Shown here: positions 54,899 to 64,000 of the stretch, piece after piece
How the letters are laid out: each line of letters starts with the position of its first letter
Numbering within the stretch: position 1 is the first letter of the stretch
Source of the DNA: an uncultured delta proteobacterium
GTDB taxonomy: Bacteria > Myxococcota > Myxococcia > Myxococcales > Anaeromyxobacteraceae
Assembly (NCBI GenBank): GCA_963766715.1
Contig: CAVYBH010000011.1
Location: forward strand, 160,001-224,000
Reading direction: 5' to 3'
DNA length: 64,000 nucleotides
Position numbers and translations under genes: made by a program
The notes under the pieces: generated by a model
Database searches by the model: none
What the model was told of the DNA's origin: nothing
What the model saw: the letters and a program-made list of their open reading frames with translations, nothing else

Positions 54899-54924
54899 AA
54901 CGTGGGAGGAGCGGCCTTATTTCA
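54899..54924 (-). promoter_or_regulatory. ECF-sigma-type promoter
   Basis: Minus strand TGAAAT-16 nt-CGTT, 27 nt upstream of the Yip1 ATG. Confidence 0.5.
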
Positions 54925-55060
54925 GAGGGGAGGTCGAGCGGGGGGGCGAGAGGGAAGGATGGGTGGAGAACCTGCCGGATTCCCGAGTCATTCCAGGGAA
55001 CGCGCGTGGGGTCGTCCTAACACGGGACGGCCCCGGGTGCCACGATCCGCGACAGGCCCC

Positions 55061-56582
55061 CTATCGGCCGACCGAGAGCTCCAGGCGCTTGCCGAAGACC
55101 TGCCGGAAGAGCGCGGCCTCGCGCCCCGCGTCCCAGAATCTCCAGGTCGATGGGGTGGCGCGACCGCAACGCGAGCCGGACCGCCCCGCCGGTCACCTGG
55201 GCCCGGGACGAGCGGACGAGCTGGTGGTGGCTGCGATCGCAGGAGTCGGCGAGCCGCAGCAGCGTCGCGAGCTTCCGCACGGTGCGGAACTCGGCGGGCG
55301 ACAGCGTGGCCAGGTCGGGCCGCTCCCGGTCGGGCGGGCTTCGCCGGTGGTAGCGCGCCACCAGCGCCACCAGCATGCGCTCCCGGTCGGAGAAGCCCGG
55401 GATGTCGCCGTTCGCGACCAGGTAGAAGGTGTGCTTGTGGTGCTTGGAGTACGAGACGGCGCTGCCCACGTCGTGGAGCAGGGCCGCTGCCTCCAAGATG
55501 GGCCGGGCCGAGGCCGGCAGCCCGTGCACCCCGGCCAGGTCGTCGAAGAGCCCGAGCGCCACGTGCGTCACCTGGTCGGCGTGGGCCTCGTCGAAGGCGA
55601 AGCGGCGGCCCAGGGCCCGGGACGCCTCGGCGGTGCTCGCGTCGGGCGCGTCCCGCCCCTGCCGCTCCTGCATGTCGACGAGCAGCCCCTGCCGCAGCCC
55701 GGTCTCGACCGCGGTCACGCTCTCCAGGCCGAGCCGCTCGACGAGGGCCTCGAGCACCACCGCCCCGGCCACCACGATCTCCCCGCGCCGCGCGTCGAAG
55801 GTGCGCCGCCGCTCCTCGAGCCCCATGGCGGCGAGCAGCTCGACGGCGCGCCGGATGCGCTTGCGGGTGGCCACGCGGCGCCCGCCCTCCGCGGCGAAGG
55901 AGACGATGGTGCCGATGGTGCCCGAGCTGCCGAGCGCGCGGCGCGGGTGGGCGAAGCGGGGCAGCGAGCGCTGGAACGCCTCCGCCGCGAAGGTGCGCAT
56001 GAGCTCGAGTCGCTTGCTCGGCACCTTGCCCGACGAGTCGAAGGTCTCGGTGAGGCGCACCGACCCGATGGCCACGCTGAAGAGGCTCGTCGGGTGGTCG
56101 CCCACCGCCACCGCAATCTCGGTGGAGCCGCCCCCGATGTCGACGACGAGGTTGTGGGCCCGGGGCGGCTGGCCTCGGAGCACGCCGAGCGCGATGAGGC
56201 GCGCCTCCTCCTTTCCGGAGATGACCTCGAGCTCGAGCCCCGTCGCCTTCCGCACCCGGGCGACGACGTCCGGGCCGTTCTTCGCCTCGCGGATGGCGCT
56301 GGTGGCGACCGCACGGACCCGCGCCCGGTGGCGCCGGGCCAGCGCGGCGTAGCGGCGCAGCGTGGACAGGAGCCGCGCCTCCACCTCGCGCGGGATGCGG
56401 CCGGTCTTGAAGACCCCCTCGCCGGGCCGGACGGGATCTCGCTCGGAGTGGACGAGGTCGAACGACCCGTCGGGCATGGGGCGGGCCAGCTCGAGCCGGA
56501 CCGCGTTCGTCCCCACGTCGATGGCTCCCAGGATCCGGGAGTGGCCGCTGCGGGCGGAGGACGCGCTGCGGGAGGTGGGCAC
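55061..56582 (-). CDS. ppx: Exopolyphosphatase Ppx/GppA with HD domain (+1 frameshift near 55135)
   Basis: AIDVGTN, ATSAIREA, ISGKEEARL, DIGGGSTE, LLHDVG; corrected end FGKRLELSVGR*. Confidence 0.92.
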
Positions 56583-56679
56583 GGGGGACGAGGCTAGCGC
56601 GCCTCGAGCGGAATGACGCCCGAAATCGGCCCGCGCCGCATCGCTGGCCAGGAGGAGCCGGGCGGCTTAGAAGTCACTG

Positions 56680-57312
56680 ATGCGCCTCGCGCTCGCCGTC
56701 GCCACCTGGGCGCTCGTGTCCACGTTCCATCAGGGGCGCCTCTACCGCATGGAGCGCGAGGATTCCGACGTGGTCGCGCTGCGCGCCGAGGGCACGGTGA
56801 AGGCCCCCGCATGGGCCGTGCGCGACGTGCTCCGCCGGGCCTTCGAGAGCGACCGACTGAGCCCCTACCTGGCGCACCGCAAGGTGCTCCACGCCGAGGC
56901 GTGCCGCGAAGGCGCCAAGGACCTGCCCGGGTGCCGGAAGATCTGGGTCTACGAGCGGTACGAGCCGCCGCTGGTGGGAGCGCGAGATTACGCCTTCCGG
57001 ATGGAGGTCGTGGTCGACGACGTGGAGGACGGGGGAGACTTCGAGCTGCGCTGGACCCTCGACGAGAGCCACGGCGCGCCTCCCGACGGCGCGACGCACA
57101 TGGTCCGCAACACCGGCGGCTGGGAGATCTCGCCCGCCGCCGGCGGAGAGAGCCGCTTCCGCTACCAGATCGACATCGACCCGGGCGGGGGCGTGCCGTC
57201 CTGGGTGATCAACATGGCCAACAAGTCCCAGGTGCCGTCGGTGATCGCCGCCGTCGAGGACGAGGCCCAGAAGCTCGCCGTCAAAAGAGCTCGTAGCGCA
57301 GGCCGGCCGTGA
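56680..57312 (+). CDS. START/SRPBCC-like exported protein
   Basis: YEPPLVGARDY, NTGGWEI, IDPGGGVPSWVIN. Confidence 0.7.
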   Translation: MRLALAVATWALVSTFHQGRLYRMEREDSDVVALRAEGTVKAPAWAVRDVLRRAFESDRLSPYLAHRKVLHAEACREGAKDLPGCRKIWVYERYEPPLVGARDYAFRMEVVVDDVEDGGDFELRWTLDESHGAPPDGATHMVRNTGGWEISPAAGGESRFRYQIDIDPGGGVPSWVINMANKSQVPSVIAAVEDEAQKLAVKRARSAGRP

Positions 57313-58207
57313 CCACCGGGCCGATGGTCTGCACGCCGTTCAGCTTGGTCGCGAACGGGAGCTGGGCCTTGGCGAAGAGCCACCCGCCCGGGAAGACGTT
57401 CACGTAGGCCGCGGGCACCGCCGCGAGCACGAAGCCGCCGGTGCTCTCCACCTCGACGCCGTTGTCGACGTCCGACCCGGCCGCGCGCCCGTCCACGGCG
57501 AGCGCCAGCGCGAGCCAGTCGAGCGGCTGGTACTGCCCCGCCACCGTCCACAGCGCCGCCGCGCCGAACCGGTAGCCGTAGGAGTTGACCGTTCGGTAGA
57601 GCCCCCACACGCCGGCGTAGCCGCTCCAGAGGTCGCCCTGCAGCCGGTAGAAGAGCCCGACGTTCGGCCCCCATCCGCCGGTGCCGACCTGGCCGTGCTC
57701 GTCCACGCGCACGCCGTCCGCGTCGACGGCCGAGTTGTTGCCGGTGGGGGCGAAGGTGGAGGCCGACACGGAGAGGGAGTGGTGGAGGCGGTTGCCGAGG
57801 TCGATCTCGTCCCAGAAGAACCAGCGCAGGCCGAACTGCATGTCGCCGAAGCCGTTCAGGTTGGACGAGGGCATGATGGTCCCGTCGGGCATCTCCATCT
57901 GCATGTTCTTCCAGACCCACGGCAGGGTGACGACGAGATTCAGGTTCGTGATCGGCGTGTAGGAGATCGTGAGGAGCACCGAGTACTGGTTCAACACGTC
58001 GGTGGTGCCCGGCTCCTCGCCCCCGGCCTTCTGGTAGAGCCACTGGCCGTCGAGCTCCAGCCCGAGCTGGCCGGCGGGACCGGCGACCTGGCCGACCCCG
58101 ACCAGGGGATCGCCGCAGCCGCAGACCGAGCAGGCGAGGGCCGGGGAGGCCGCGGCGAGGAGCGAGCCGGCCACCGTGAGCGCCGCGAACCGAGCGAGAA
58201 TCTTCAT
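57281..58207 (-). CDS. Outer-membrane beta-barrel with N-terminal CxxCxC motif
   Basis: Signal peptide then CSVCGC; GFGD, APTG, QVGTG; ends GLRYELF. Confidence 0.7.
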   Translation of the reverse strand: MKILARFAALTVAGSLLAAASPALACSVCGCGDPLVGVGQVAGPAGQLGLELDGQWLYQKAGGEEPGTTDVLNQYSVLLTISYTPITNLNLVVTLPWVWKNMQMEMPDGTIMPSSNLNGFGDMQFGLRWFFWDEIDLGNRLHHSLSVSASTFAPTGNNSAVDADGVRVDEHGQVGTGGWGPNVGLFYRLQGDLWSGYAGVWGLYRTVNSYGYRFGAAALWTVAGQYQPLDWLALALAVDGRAAGSDVDNGVEVESTGGFVLAAVPAAYVNVFPGGWLFAKAQLPFATKLNGVQTIGPVVTAGLRYELF

Positions 58208-58314
58208 CGACCTGAGACCTCCATGCCCTCGCTTACACCGGAGCCCTACACTGCCGCCACCGATCGGATGCGACAAGGTGCCGCAGGTCCCGTGAACGCA
58301 TTACATCGGACCCC

Positions 58315-59256
58315 ATGCGCATCGCCGTCATCGGGGCCGGAGGGGTCGGTGGGGTCTTCGGGGGGCTGCTCGCCCGTTCGGAGAACGAGGTGGCCTTCGT
58401 GGCCCGGGGGGAGCACCTCGCGGCCATCCGGGCCCAGGGGCTCCGGGTGCACGGACCGTGGGGAACCTTCACCGTCCAGCCCGGCGCCGCGCCGGTGCCG
58501 GGGGAGCTGTCGCCCCCGGGTCCCTTCGACGCCGTGCTCGTGGCGCTGAAGGCCGGGCAGGTGCGCGAGATGGCGCCCCTCCTGCGGCCGCTGGTGGGGC
58601 CGGAGACGGTGGTCGTCCCCCTCCAGAACGGCGTCGAGGCCGCGGCGATCCTGGCCGAGGCGCTGGGGCCCGGCCCGGTGGCCGGCGGGTTCTGCCAGGT
58701 CTTCGCCTGGCGGGAGGGACCGGGCGAGGTGCGCACCACCGGGACGCCGCTCCAGGTCACCCTCGGGGAGCGGTCGGGCGGGGGAAGCGCCCGCCTCGAG
58801 CGGCTCGCCGAGGCCATCCGCGCGTCGGGCGCGGCTGCCGCGGTGGTCGACGACATCCTCACCGCCACCTGGGAGAAGTTCCTCTTCATCGACCCCTTCG
58901 GCAGCGTGGGCGCGGCGGCCCGGGCGCCGCTGGGCGTGATGCGCACCGAGCCCCGGACCCGCGCGCTGCTCGTCGCCGCGCTGGAGGAGGTGGCGGCCGT
59001 GGGGCGGGCGCACGGTGCGAGGCTGGGCGAGGACGCGGTGGCGAGGACGCTCGCGCGCTACGACGAGCTCCCGCCCACGGCCACCGCGTCGATGCAGCGG
59101 GACGTGACGGCCGGCCGCCCGTCCGAGCTCCTCGAGCAGACGGGCGCGGTGGTGCGCCTCGGAGAGGAGGCCGGCGTTCCGGTGCCGGTCCACCGCTTCC
59201 TCCTCGCGGCGCTCCTCCCGCAGGAGTCGGCGGCGCGGGCTGGCGGATCGCGGTAG
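58315..59256 (+). CDS. panE: 2-dehydropantoate 2-reductase
   Basis: IGAGGVGG, PLQNG, WEKF, SMQRD..GRPSEL. Confidence 0.92.
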   Translation: MRIAVIGAGGVGGVFGGLLARSENEVAFVARGEHLAAIRAQGLRVHGPWGTFTVQPGAAPVPGELSPPGPFDAVLVALKAGQVREMAPLLRPLVGPETVVVPLQNGVEAAAILAEALGPGPVAGGFCQVFAWREGPGEVRTTGTPLQVTLGERSGGGSARLERLAEAIRASGAAAAVVDDILTATWEKFLFIDPFGSVGAAARAPLGVMRTEPRTRALLVAALEEVAAVGRAHGARLGEDAVARTLARYDELPPTATASMQRDVTAGRPSELLEQTGAVVRLGEEAGVPVPVHRFLLAALLPQESAARAGGSR

Positions 59257-59267
59257 ATTGGCGGGCG

Positions 59268-60933
59268 ATGCGAACCGCACCCTACCGGTCCCTCCTTCTC
59301 GCGGCGTTCCTCTCCCTTTCCGCGGCCTGCGGCGGCAGCGGAGGCGGCAGCAGCGCCGTGGTCACCGTGTCTCCCGCGAGTCCCGGCGTCGTCACCGGGG
59401 GAGCGTTCCAGTTCACGGCCAGCGTGACCGGCGTGAGCGACGCCTCGGTGACCTGGTCGGTGCAGGAGGGCGACGCCGGGGGCACCATCTCCCCGACCGG
59501 CGTCTACCGGGCGCCGGCGACCGTGGGGAGCTACCACGTGGTCGCGACCAGCGTCGCCGCCCCTTCGAGCAGGGGGTCGACGCCCGTCTTCGTCGTCGCG
59601 CCCGCCGTGTGCACTCCCTCCGCCCCGCAGCCGAGCGCCCTTCCGGCGGCGCGGGTCCTCGCGCTCGGCGTGCACGCGGTCGGCGAGACGGTGAGCTTCC
59701 AGGTGCCGGCCGGCACGGGGAGCGTGACCCTGGTCCAGCAGGGGGCGGAGCCGCTCGCGGCCCCGTCGATCACCTTCCAGGGCACCAGCTATCCCAACAC
59801 CGTGGTGCCCGGCACCATCGCCGTGAACGGGACGCTCTTCTACAACCAGGCCGTCGCGCCACCCGCGAACCCCGCCACCTGGGGCAGTCCGGGCGGGATC
59901 GGCTCCATGTACTTCGAGTCCTCGTCCCCGTGGACCGGAACGGCGACCGTGCCCAACACCTCCAACGCGCTCGAGTACGTGGCCGCGAACGGCGGGGTGC
60001 CCTCCGGCACCTGGTCGGTCAAGATCTTCGACTACGCCTCGGGCTGCGCGAAGCCCTCCTGCACCGTGGGTGACGGCACCACGAAGTATCCGCCCGGCAG
60101 GTACGACCTGAAGGTCCTCCTGAAGCCCGGCACGGTGGGCGCCACCGGGCGCCATCGACGTGACGGTCTACCTGGTCACCGACCGGTACACGGCGGCGAG
60201 CGCCGCGACCGACCCGTCCATGACGCGCATGGGCGTCACCCTCGGCACGCTCCTCGCGCGCGCGGGGCTGACGCTCGGCTCCCTGGCCTTCGTCGACCTG
60301 CCCCAGAGCGTGAAGGCCCAGTACAGGACCGGAGTGGACGCGGACGACCGGAGCGCGTGCGGCGAGGTCGCCACCATCCTGAGCCTGTCGAACCCGGGCA
60401 ACGCCATGAACCTGTTCCTGGTGAACAGCCTGGTCTCGGCCGAGCAGGGCGGGACCACCATCGTCGGGATCGACGGGACCATCCCCGGCCCGGCCTCGGT
60501 GGGCGGAACGGTGGCGAGCGGGGCGCTGGTCTCGGTGGCGGACCTGAGAGGGGGCGGCACGGCCGCCTGCACCGGGGCGATGAACTTCCAGGGCTGCGGC
60601 GCCGACCGGACCGCCTACATCGCGGCCCACGAGTCCGGTCACGCGCTCGGCCTCTACCACGACACCGAGTGGACCGGGACCACCTTCGATCCGGTGAAGG
60701 ACACGCCCATCTGCGACTGCAAGCTGTGCGCGCTCGACAAGACGAGCTGCTACGCCGGCACGCAGACCCCCACGACCTACCAGATGACGAACGCGGACTG
60801 CACGACCTTCCCGGCCACCACCTGCGGCGGCGGCGAGAACCTCATGTTCTGGCTGTTCGACGCGACCCAGTCCACCGGCACCCTCTCGCCCGAGCAGCAG
60901 CGAATCATGCGGGCCAATCCGCTCGTCCAGTAG
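59268..60933 (+). CDS. Lipoprotein with Ig-like domain and C-terminal metzincin protease (+1 frameshift near 60149)
   Basis: Lipobox SAAC; VTVSP..FQFTASV..VTWSV; HESGHALGLYH and NLM Met-turn; Cys-rich. Confidence 0.78.
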
Positions 60934-60941
60934 GAGCCACC

Positions 60942-61481
60942 ATGAACACGACCCTCGCGCTCCTCGCCGCCTCCCTGCTCGCCGCCACCGGCATGTCCGA
61001 CGCCGAGGTCCGCGCGCACGCCGAGGCGCTCCTCGGCGCCATCGACCGCCCCATCCCCGCCGCCACCTGGAAGGCGCTCGGACCGGCGGCCGTCCCGGTG
61101 CTCGCCGAGATCGCCGCCTCGGAGAGCCGCATGCCCTCGACCCGCTCGGCCGCGCTCGGGGCCCTCACCGCCGCCGACCCGGTACGCGCCGAGCCGCTCG
61201 CCCGCGCCCTCGTCGACGACGGCGCCGCACCGCTGACCGTGCGGGAGACGGCCGTGCGGATGCTGGGGCGGGTGCTCCAGCCGGCCGGCCTCCGCGCCGC
61301 ACTGACCCCGGTGCTGCGGGCCGCCGGCGAGCCCGGGCTGCGGTCCGTGGCCGCCGAGACGCTCGCCCGGCACGCCCCCGCCGACGCCTGCGCCGAGGTG
61401 ATGGACCAGATCTCGCTCGAGCCGGAGTCGGGCCGCCCGGCGTTCCACCGCTCGGCCGCGATCTGCGCCGGGAAGCGCTAG
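60942..61481 (+). CDS. Exported HEAT-repeat-like protein
   Basis: AGGAG SD; signal peptide; repeated RxxAxxAL helices. Confidence 0.6.
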   Translation: MNTTLALLAASLLAATGMSDAEVRAHAEALLGAIDRPIPAATWKALGPAAVPVLAEIAASESRMPSTRSAALGALTAADPVRAEPLARALVDDGAAPLTVRETAVRMLGRVLQPAGLRAALTPVLRAAGEPGLRSVAAETLARHAPADACAEVMDQISLEPESGRPAFHRSAAICAGKR

Positions 61482-61501
61482 CGACCCAGGGTGCTAGCGA
61501 C

Positions 61502-63253
61502 TCAGACGGTGTCCCAGCCGTAGCCTTCCTTCTGGAAGGCGTGGTCGGCCACCAGCTTCACCAGCTCGTCGTCGTTGTCGTCGATGCGGTTCAGGTTGCT
61601 CCGCATGCGGCGCCGCGCCCGGCCGGCGAAGATCTCGAGGATGGCGAGCTCCTGGGCGGAGGCCTCCTCGCCCTTGTCCTCCACCGCCGAGTTCACGCGG
61701 GAGAGCACCGCCGACAGCACGTAGAGGTCGATGAGGATGTCGGCGAGCCGGTGGGTGGCGAACTGCTTGCCCACCACCTTGCCCCCGTGCTTGCGGAGGA
61801 TCCGGTCGGCGGCCAGCGCCACGTCGCGCGTGCCCTCCTCCACGACGGTGGCGGCCTTCTTCACCGCCGGCGTGAGGAGCGTGAAGGTGCGCTTGTCGCC
61901 GACCAGGCCGGTGGCCAGCGAGGCGCGCTTGCGGGCGTAGCCGGAGAGCACCCCGAAGCCCTTGATGGGATCGGCGACGCCGTTCTTCACCACCCCGGCC
62001 AGCTCCTTCAGCTGCTGGCCGACGTCGTTCATGGCGGTGAGCGCGATGAAGAGGCGCAGGATCTCGTTCGTTCCCTCGAAGATCCGGTTGATGCGGCAGT
62101 CCCGCACCGCCTTCTCGTAGGGGAACTCCTTCATGAAGCCGTTTCCGCCGGCGATCTGCAGCGCCTCGTCGGAGACCCGCCAGAGCGCCTCGGTGGCGAA
62201 GACCTTGGAGATGGCGGCCTCGACCGCGAAGTCCTCGTAGCCCTGGTCGATGATCCCGGCCACCAGGCTCACCACCGACTCGGCGGCGAAGGCGTCCACC
62301 ACCATCATCCCCACCTTCTCCTTGATCATGCCGAACTCGGAGATGGGGCGGCCGAACTGCTGCCGCTCGACGGCCTGCTTCGCCGAGAGCGCGATGAGCT
62401 TCTTCATGCCGCCCACCGACCCGCCCCCGAGGCCGGTGCGCCCGGCGTTCAGGATGCGCATGGCCGCCTTGAAGCCCTGACCCACGCCGCCCAGCACGTG
62501 GTCGCCCGGCACCCGGACCTCGTCGAGCCGGACGGTGGTGGTGGAGCTGGCCCGGATCCCCATCTTGTCCTCGTGGGGACCGGTGGAGACGCCGGCCATG
62601 TCGCGCGTGACCACGAAGGCGGTCAGCGCCGCCTTGCCCTTCGACTGCACGTCCGGGGTCTTGGCGAAGACGGTGAAGAAGTCGGCCATGCCGCCGTTCG
62701 TGATCCAGATCTTCTCGCCGTTCAGGATCCAGTCGTTGCCGTCGCGGCGCGCGGTGGTGCGGACCGCGGCGGCGTCGGAGCCGGCGCCCGGCTCGGTGAG
62801 GCAGAAGGCGGCGATCATCTCGCCGGTGGTGAGCTTCGGCAGCCAGCGGGCCTTCTGCGCGTCGGTGCCGAAGAGGAGCAGGCCGCGCATGCCGATGGAG
62901 CTGTGGGCCCCCACCGTGAGGGCGACCGACCCGTCGAAGGTGGCGATCTCCTGGAGCACCCGCGAGTAGGCGGTCGAGCCGAACCCGATGCCGCCGTGGG
63001 CCTCCGGGATGACGAGGCCGAAGAGGCCGAACTGGCGCAGCTCCTCGACGAAGGCGCCGGGCATCTCGGCCTTCACGTCCCATTCCCGGAACTCCTTCTC
63101 CCGCCCCGACAGGAGCTGGCGGACCGAGGCGAGCACCTGGCCGAGGGTCTCCTTCTCGCCCGATTCCATCTCGGGGAAGGGAACGATGATCTCCTGCTCG
63201 ATCTCCCCCATGCAGAGGGACTGGACGTAGCTGGCGGTCTTCTTGTCGGGCAC
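61502..63253 (-). CDS. Acyl-CoA dehydrogenase (long, VLCAD/ACAD9-like)
   Basis: FCLTEPGAGSD, NGEKIWITN, KMGIRAS, RQQFG, RINRIFEGTNEI; GTG at 63253 follows AGGAGG. Confidence 0.94.
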   Translation of the reverse strand: MPDKKTASYVQSLCMGEIEQEIIVPFPEMESGEKETLGQVLASVRQLLSGREKEFREWDVKAEMPGAFVEELRQFGLFGLVIPEAHGGIGFGSTAYSRVLQEIATFDGSVALTVGAHSSIGMRGLLLFGTDAQKARWLPKLTTGEMIAAFCLTEPGAGSDAAAVRTTARRDGNDWILNGEKIWITNGGMADFFTVFAKTPDVQSKGKAALTAFVVTRDMAGVSTGPHEDKMGIRASSTTTVRLDEVRVPGDHVLGGVGQGFKAAMRILNAGRTGLGGGSVGGMKKLIALSAKQAVERQQFGRPISEFGMIKEKVGMMVVDAFAAESVVSLVAGIIDQGYEDFAVEAAISKVFATEALWRVSDEALQIAGGNGFMKEFPYEKAVRDCRINRIFEGTNEILRLFIALTAMNDVGQQLKELAGVVKNGVADPIKGFGVLSGYARKRASLATGLVGDKRTFTLLTPAVKKAATVVEEGTRDVALAADRILRKHGGKVVGKQFATHRLADILIDLYVLSAVLSRVNSAVEDKGEEASAQELAILEIFAGRARRRMRSNLNRIDDNDDELVKLVADHAFQKEGYGWDTV

Positions 63254-63318
63254 GGTGGCCTCCTGATTCAAGAATCAATATTTTGACGCGATGCGGCAGC
63301 CGGCGCAACGGGGGATCG

Positions 63319-63350
63319 AAAAAAAAGACGCCCGGCCGGGACCGGGCGTC
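63319..63350 (-). terminator. Intrinsic terminator
   Basis: Perfect 9-bp stem GACGCCCGG/CCGGGCGTC followed by T8 on the minus strand. Confidence 0.85.
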
Positions 63351-63383
63351 GGATCCGGCGGCCTCTCGGGGCCTTTGGCCGGT

Positions 63384-64000
63384 CTAGAGCAGCTTGTAGA
63401 CGAGCACGAGCTCGGTGAAGGTGTCCCAGGGGTTGGCGAGCGGCTGGTAGCCGGCCGCCCAGGAGAAGCCGGACGGCGGCGGCTTGGGCGCGGGCGCCGA
63501 GTCGTAGAGGGCGCGGAAGCGGAAGCCCAGGCTGCCGTCCCCGAAGATCTTCCAGGTCACGCCCACCTTGCCCACCGCGCGGTTGTCCCCGAACGATCCC
63601 ACCCGGCCGGTGGGCGTCTCCTCGGCGTTCAGGTTGCCGAGGTACTCCACGCTGGCGTTGTAGGAGAGGTCCGGCGTGGGGTTGCCCAGGTAGCCCAGGT
63701 AGGCGCGGACCGCCGCGATGTTGATCGAGTTGGGCGTGCCCACGACGTAGCGCTGGTAGGTGTAGTCGAGGCCCAGCTCGCCCACGAGCTCGCTCGTCGC
63801 CGTCTTGTAGAGGGCCCGGGAGTAGCCGGCCTGGGCGCCGCCCACGAACTGCTTGCCGGCCGGGATGTCGCCGCCGGCGAAGACGAAGGCGTAGACCGCG
63901 TTCAGGCCGAAGAAGTGGTCGTAGCGCAGCTTGGTGCCCCAGGCCTCGCTCACGCTCTGGGTGATGTCGAAGACCTCGTCGGGCGTGATCACCCCGTCGC
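63384..64000 (-). CDS. Outer-membrane beta-barrel, DUF481-like (5' end outside the window)
   Basis: Amphipathic beta strands; GGAQAGYSR, ELGLDY, YDSAPAP. Confidence 0.6.
   Translation of the reverse strand, partial: DGVITPDEVFDITQSVSEAWGTKLRYDHFFGLNAVYAFVFAGGDIPAGKQFVGGAQAGYSRALYKTATSELVGELGLDYTYQRYVVGTPNSINIAAVRAYLGYLGNPTPDLSYNASVEYLGNLNAEETPTGRVGSFGDNRAVGKVGVTWKIFGDGSLGFRFRALYDSAPAPKPPPSGFSWAAGYQPLANPWDTFTELVLVYKLL

Noticed and set aside
63254..63271. TTG start at 63271 for the acyl-CoA dehydrogenase
   Set aside because: The GTG at 63253 has a well-spaced AGGAGG SD; the upstream TTG lies within the putative operator.

Overview
Very GC-rich bacterial chromosomal segment. Gene content and order suggest Myxococcota (Anaeromyxobacter-like); this is inferred, not looked up. 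It is mostly housekeeping: purF, HU, a partial complex I cluster (nuoE-F-J-K), gpsA, beta-carbonic anhydrase, plsY, ftsK, gatC-A-B, mtnA, rplU-rpmA-obgE-trmH, pfkA, an RluA-family synthase, kdsB-pyrG-kdsA-kdsC-acyltransferase-lptC-lptA-lptB-rpoN-hpf-ptsN, ppx, panE and an acyl-CoA dehydrogenase. Accessory loci of interest: (1) a candidate iron-regulated flavinylation-based electron-transfer/uptake system (Fur box, outer-membrane porin, FMN-binding protein, two apparently paralogous His-containing membrane proteins, convergent ApbE; 29.2-33.3 kb); (2) a HipA-like kinase/DUF3037 overlapping gene pair; (3) a sigma70 promoter flanked by two inverted sigma54 sites upstream of lptCAB-rpoN, suggesting RpoN autorepression; (4) a Yip1-TolC-MacA-ABC-2 permease-signal peptidase operon with an ECF-type promoter. 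Sixteen single-base +1 frameshifts in 15 genes, including essential ones, point to sequencing error rather than pseudogenes. I recognised no tRNA, rRNA, CRISPR array or mobile element.
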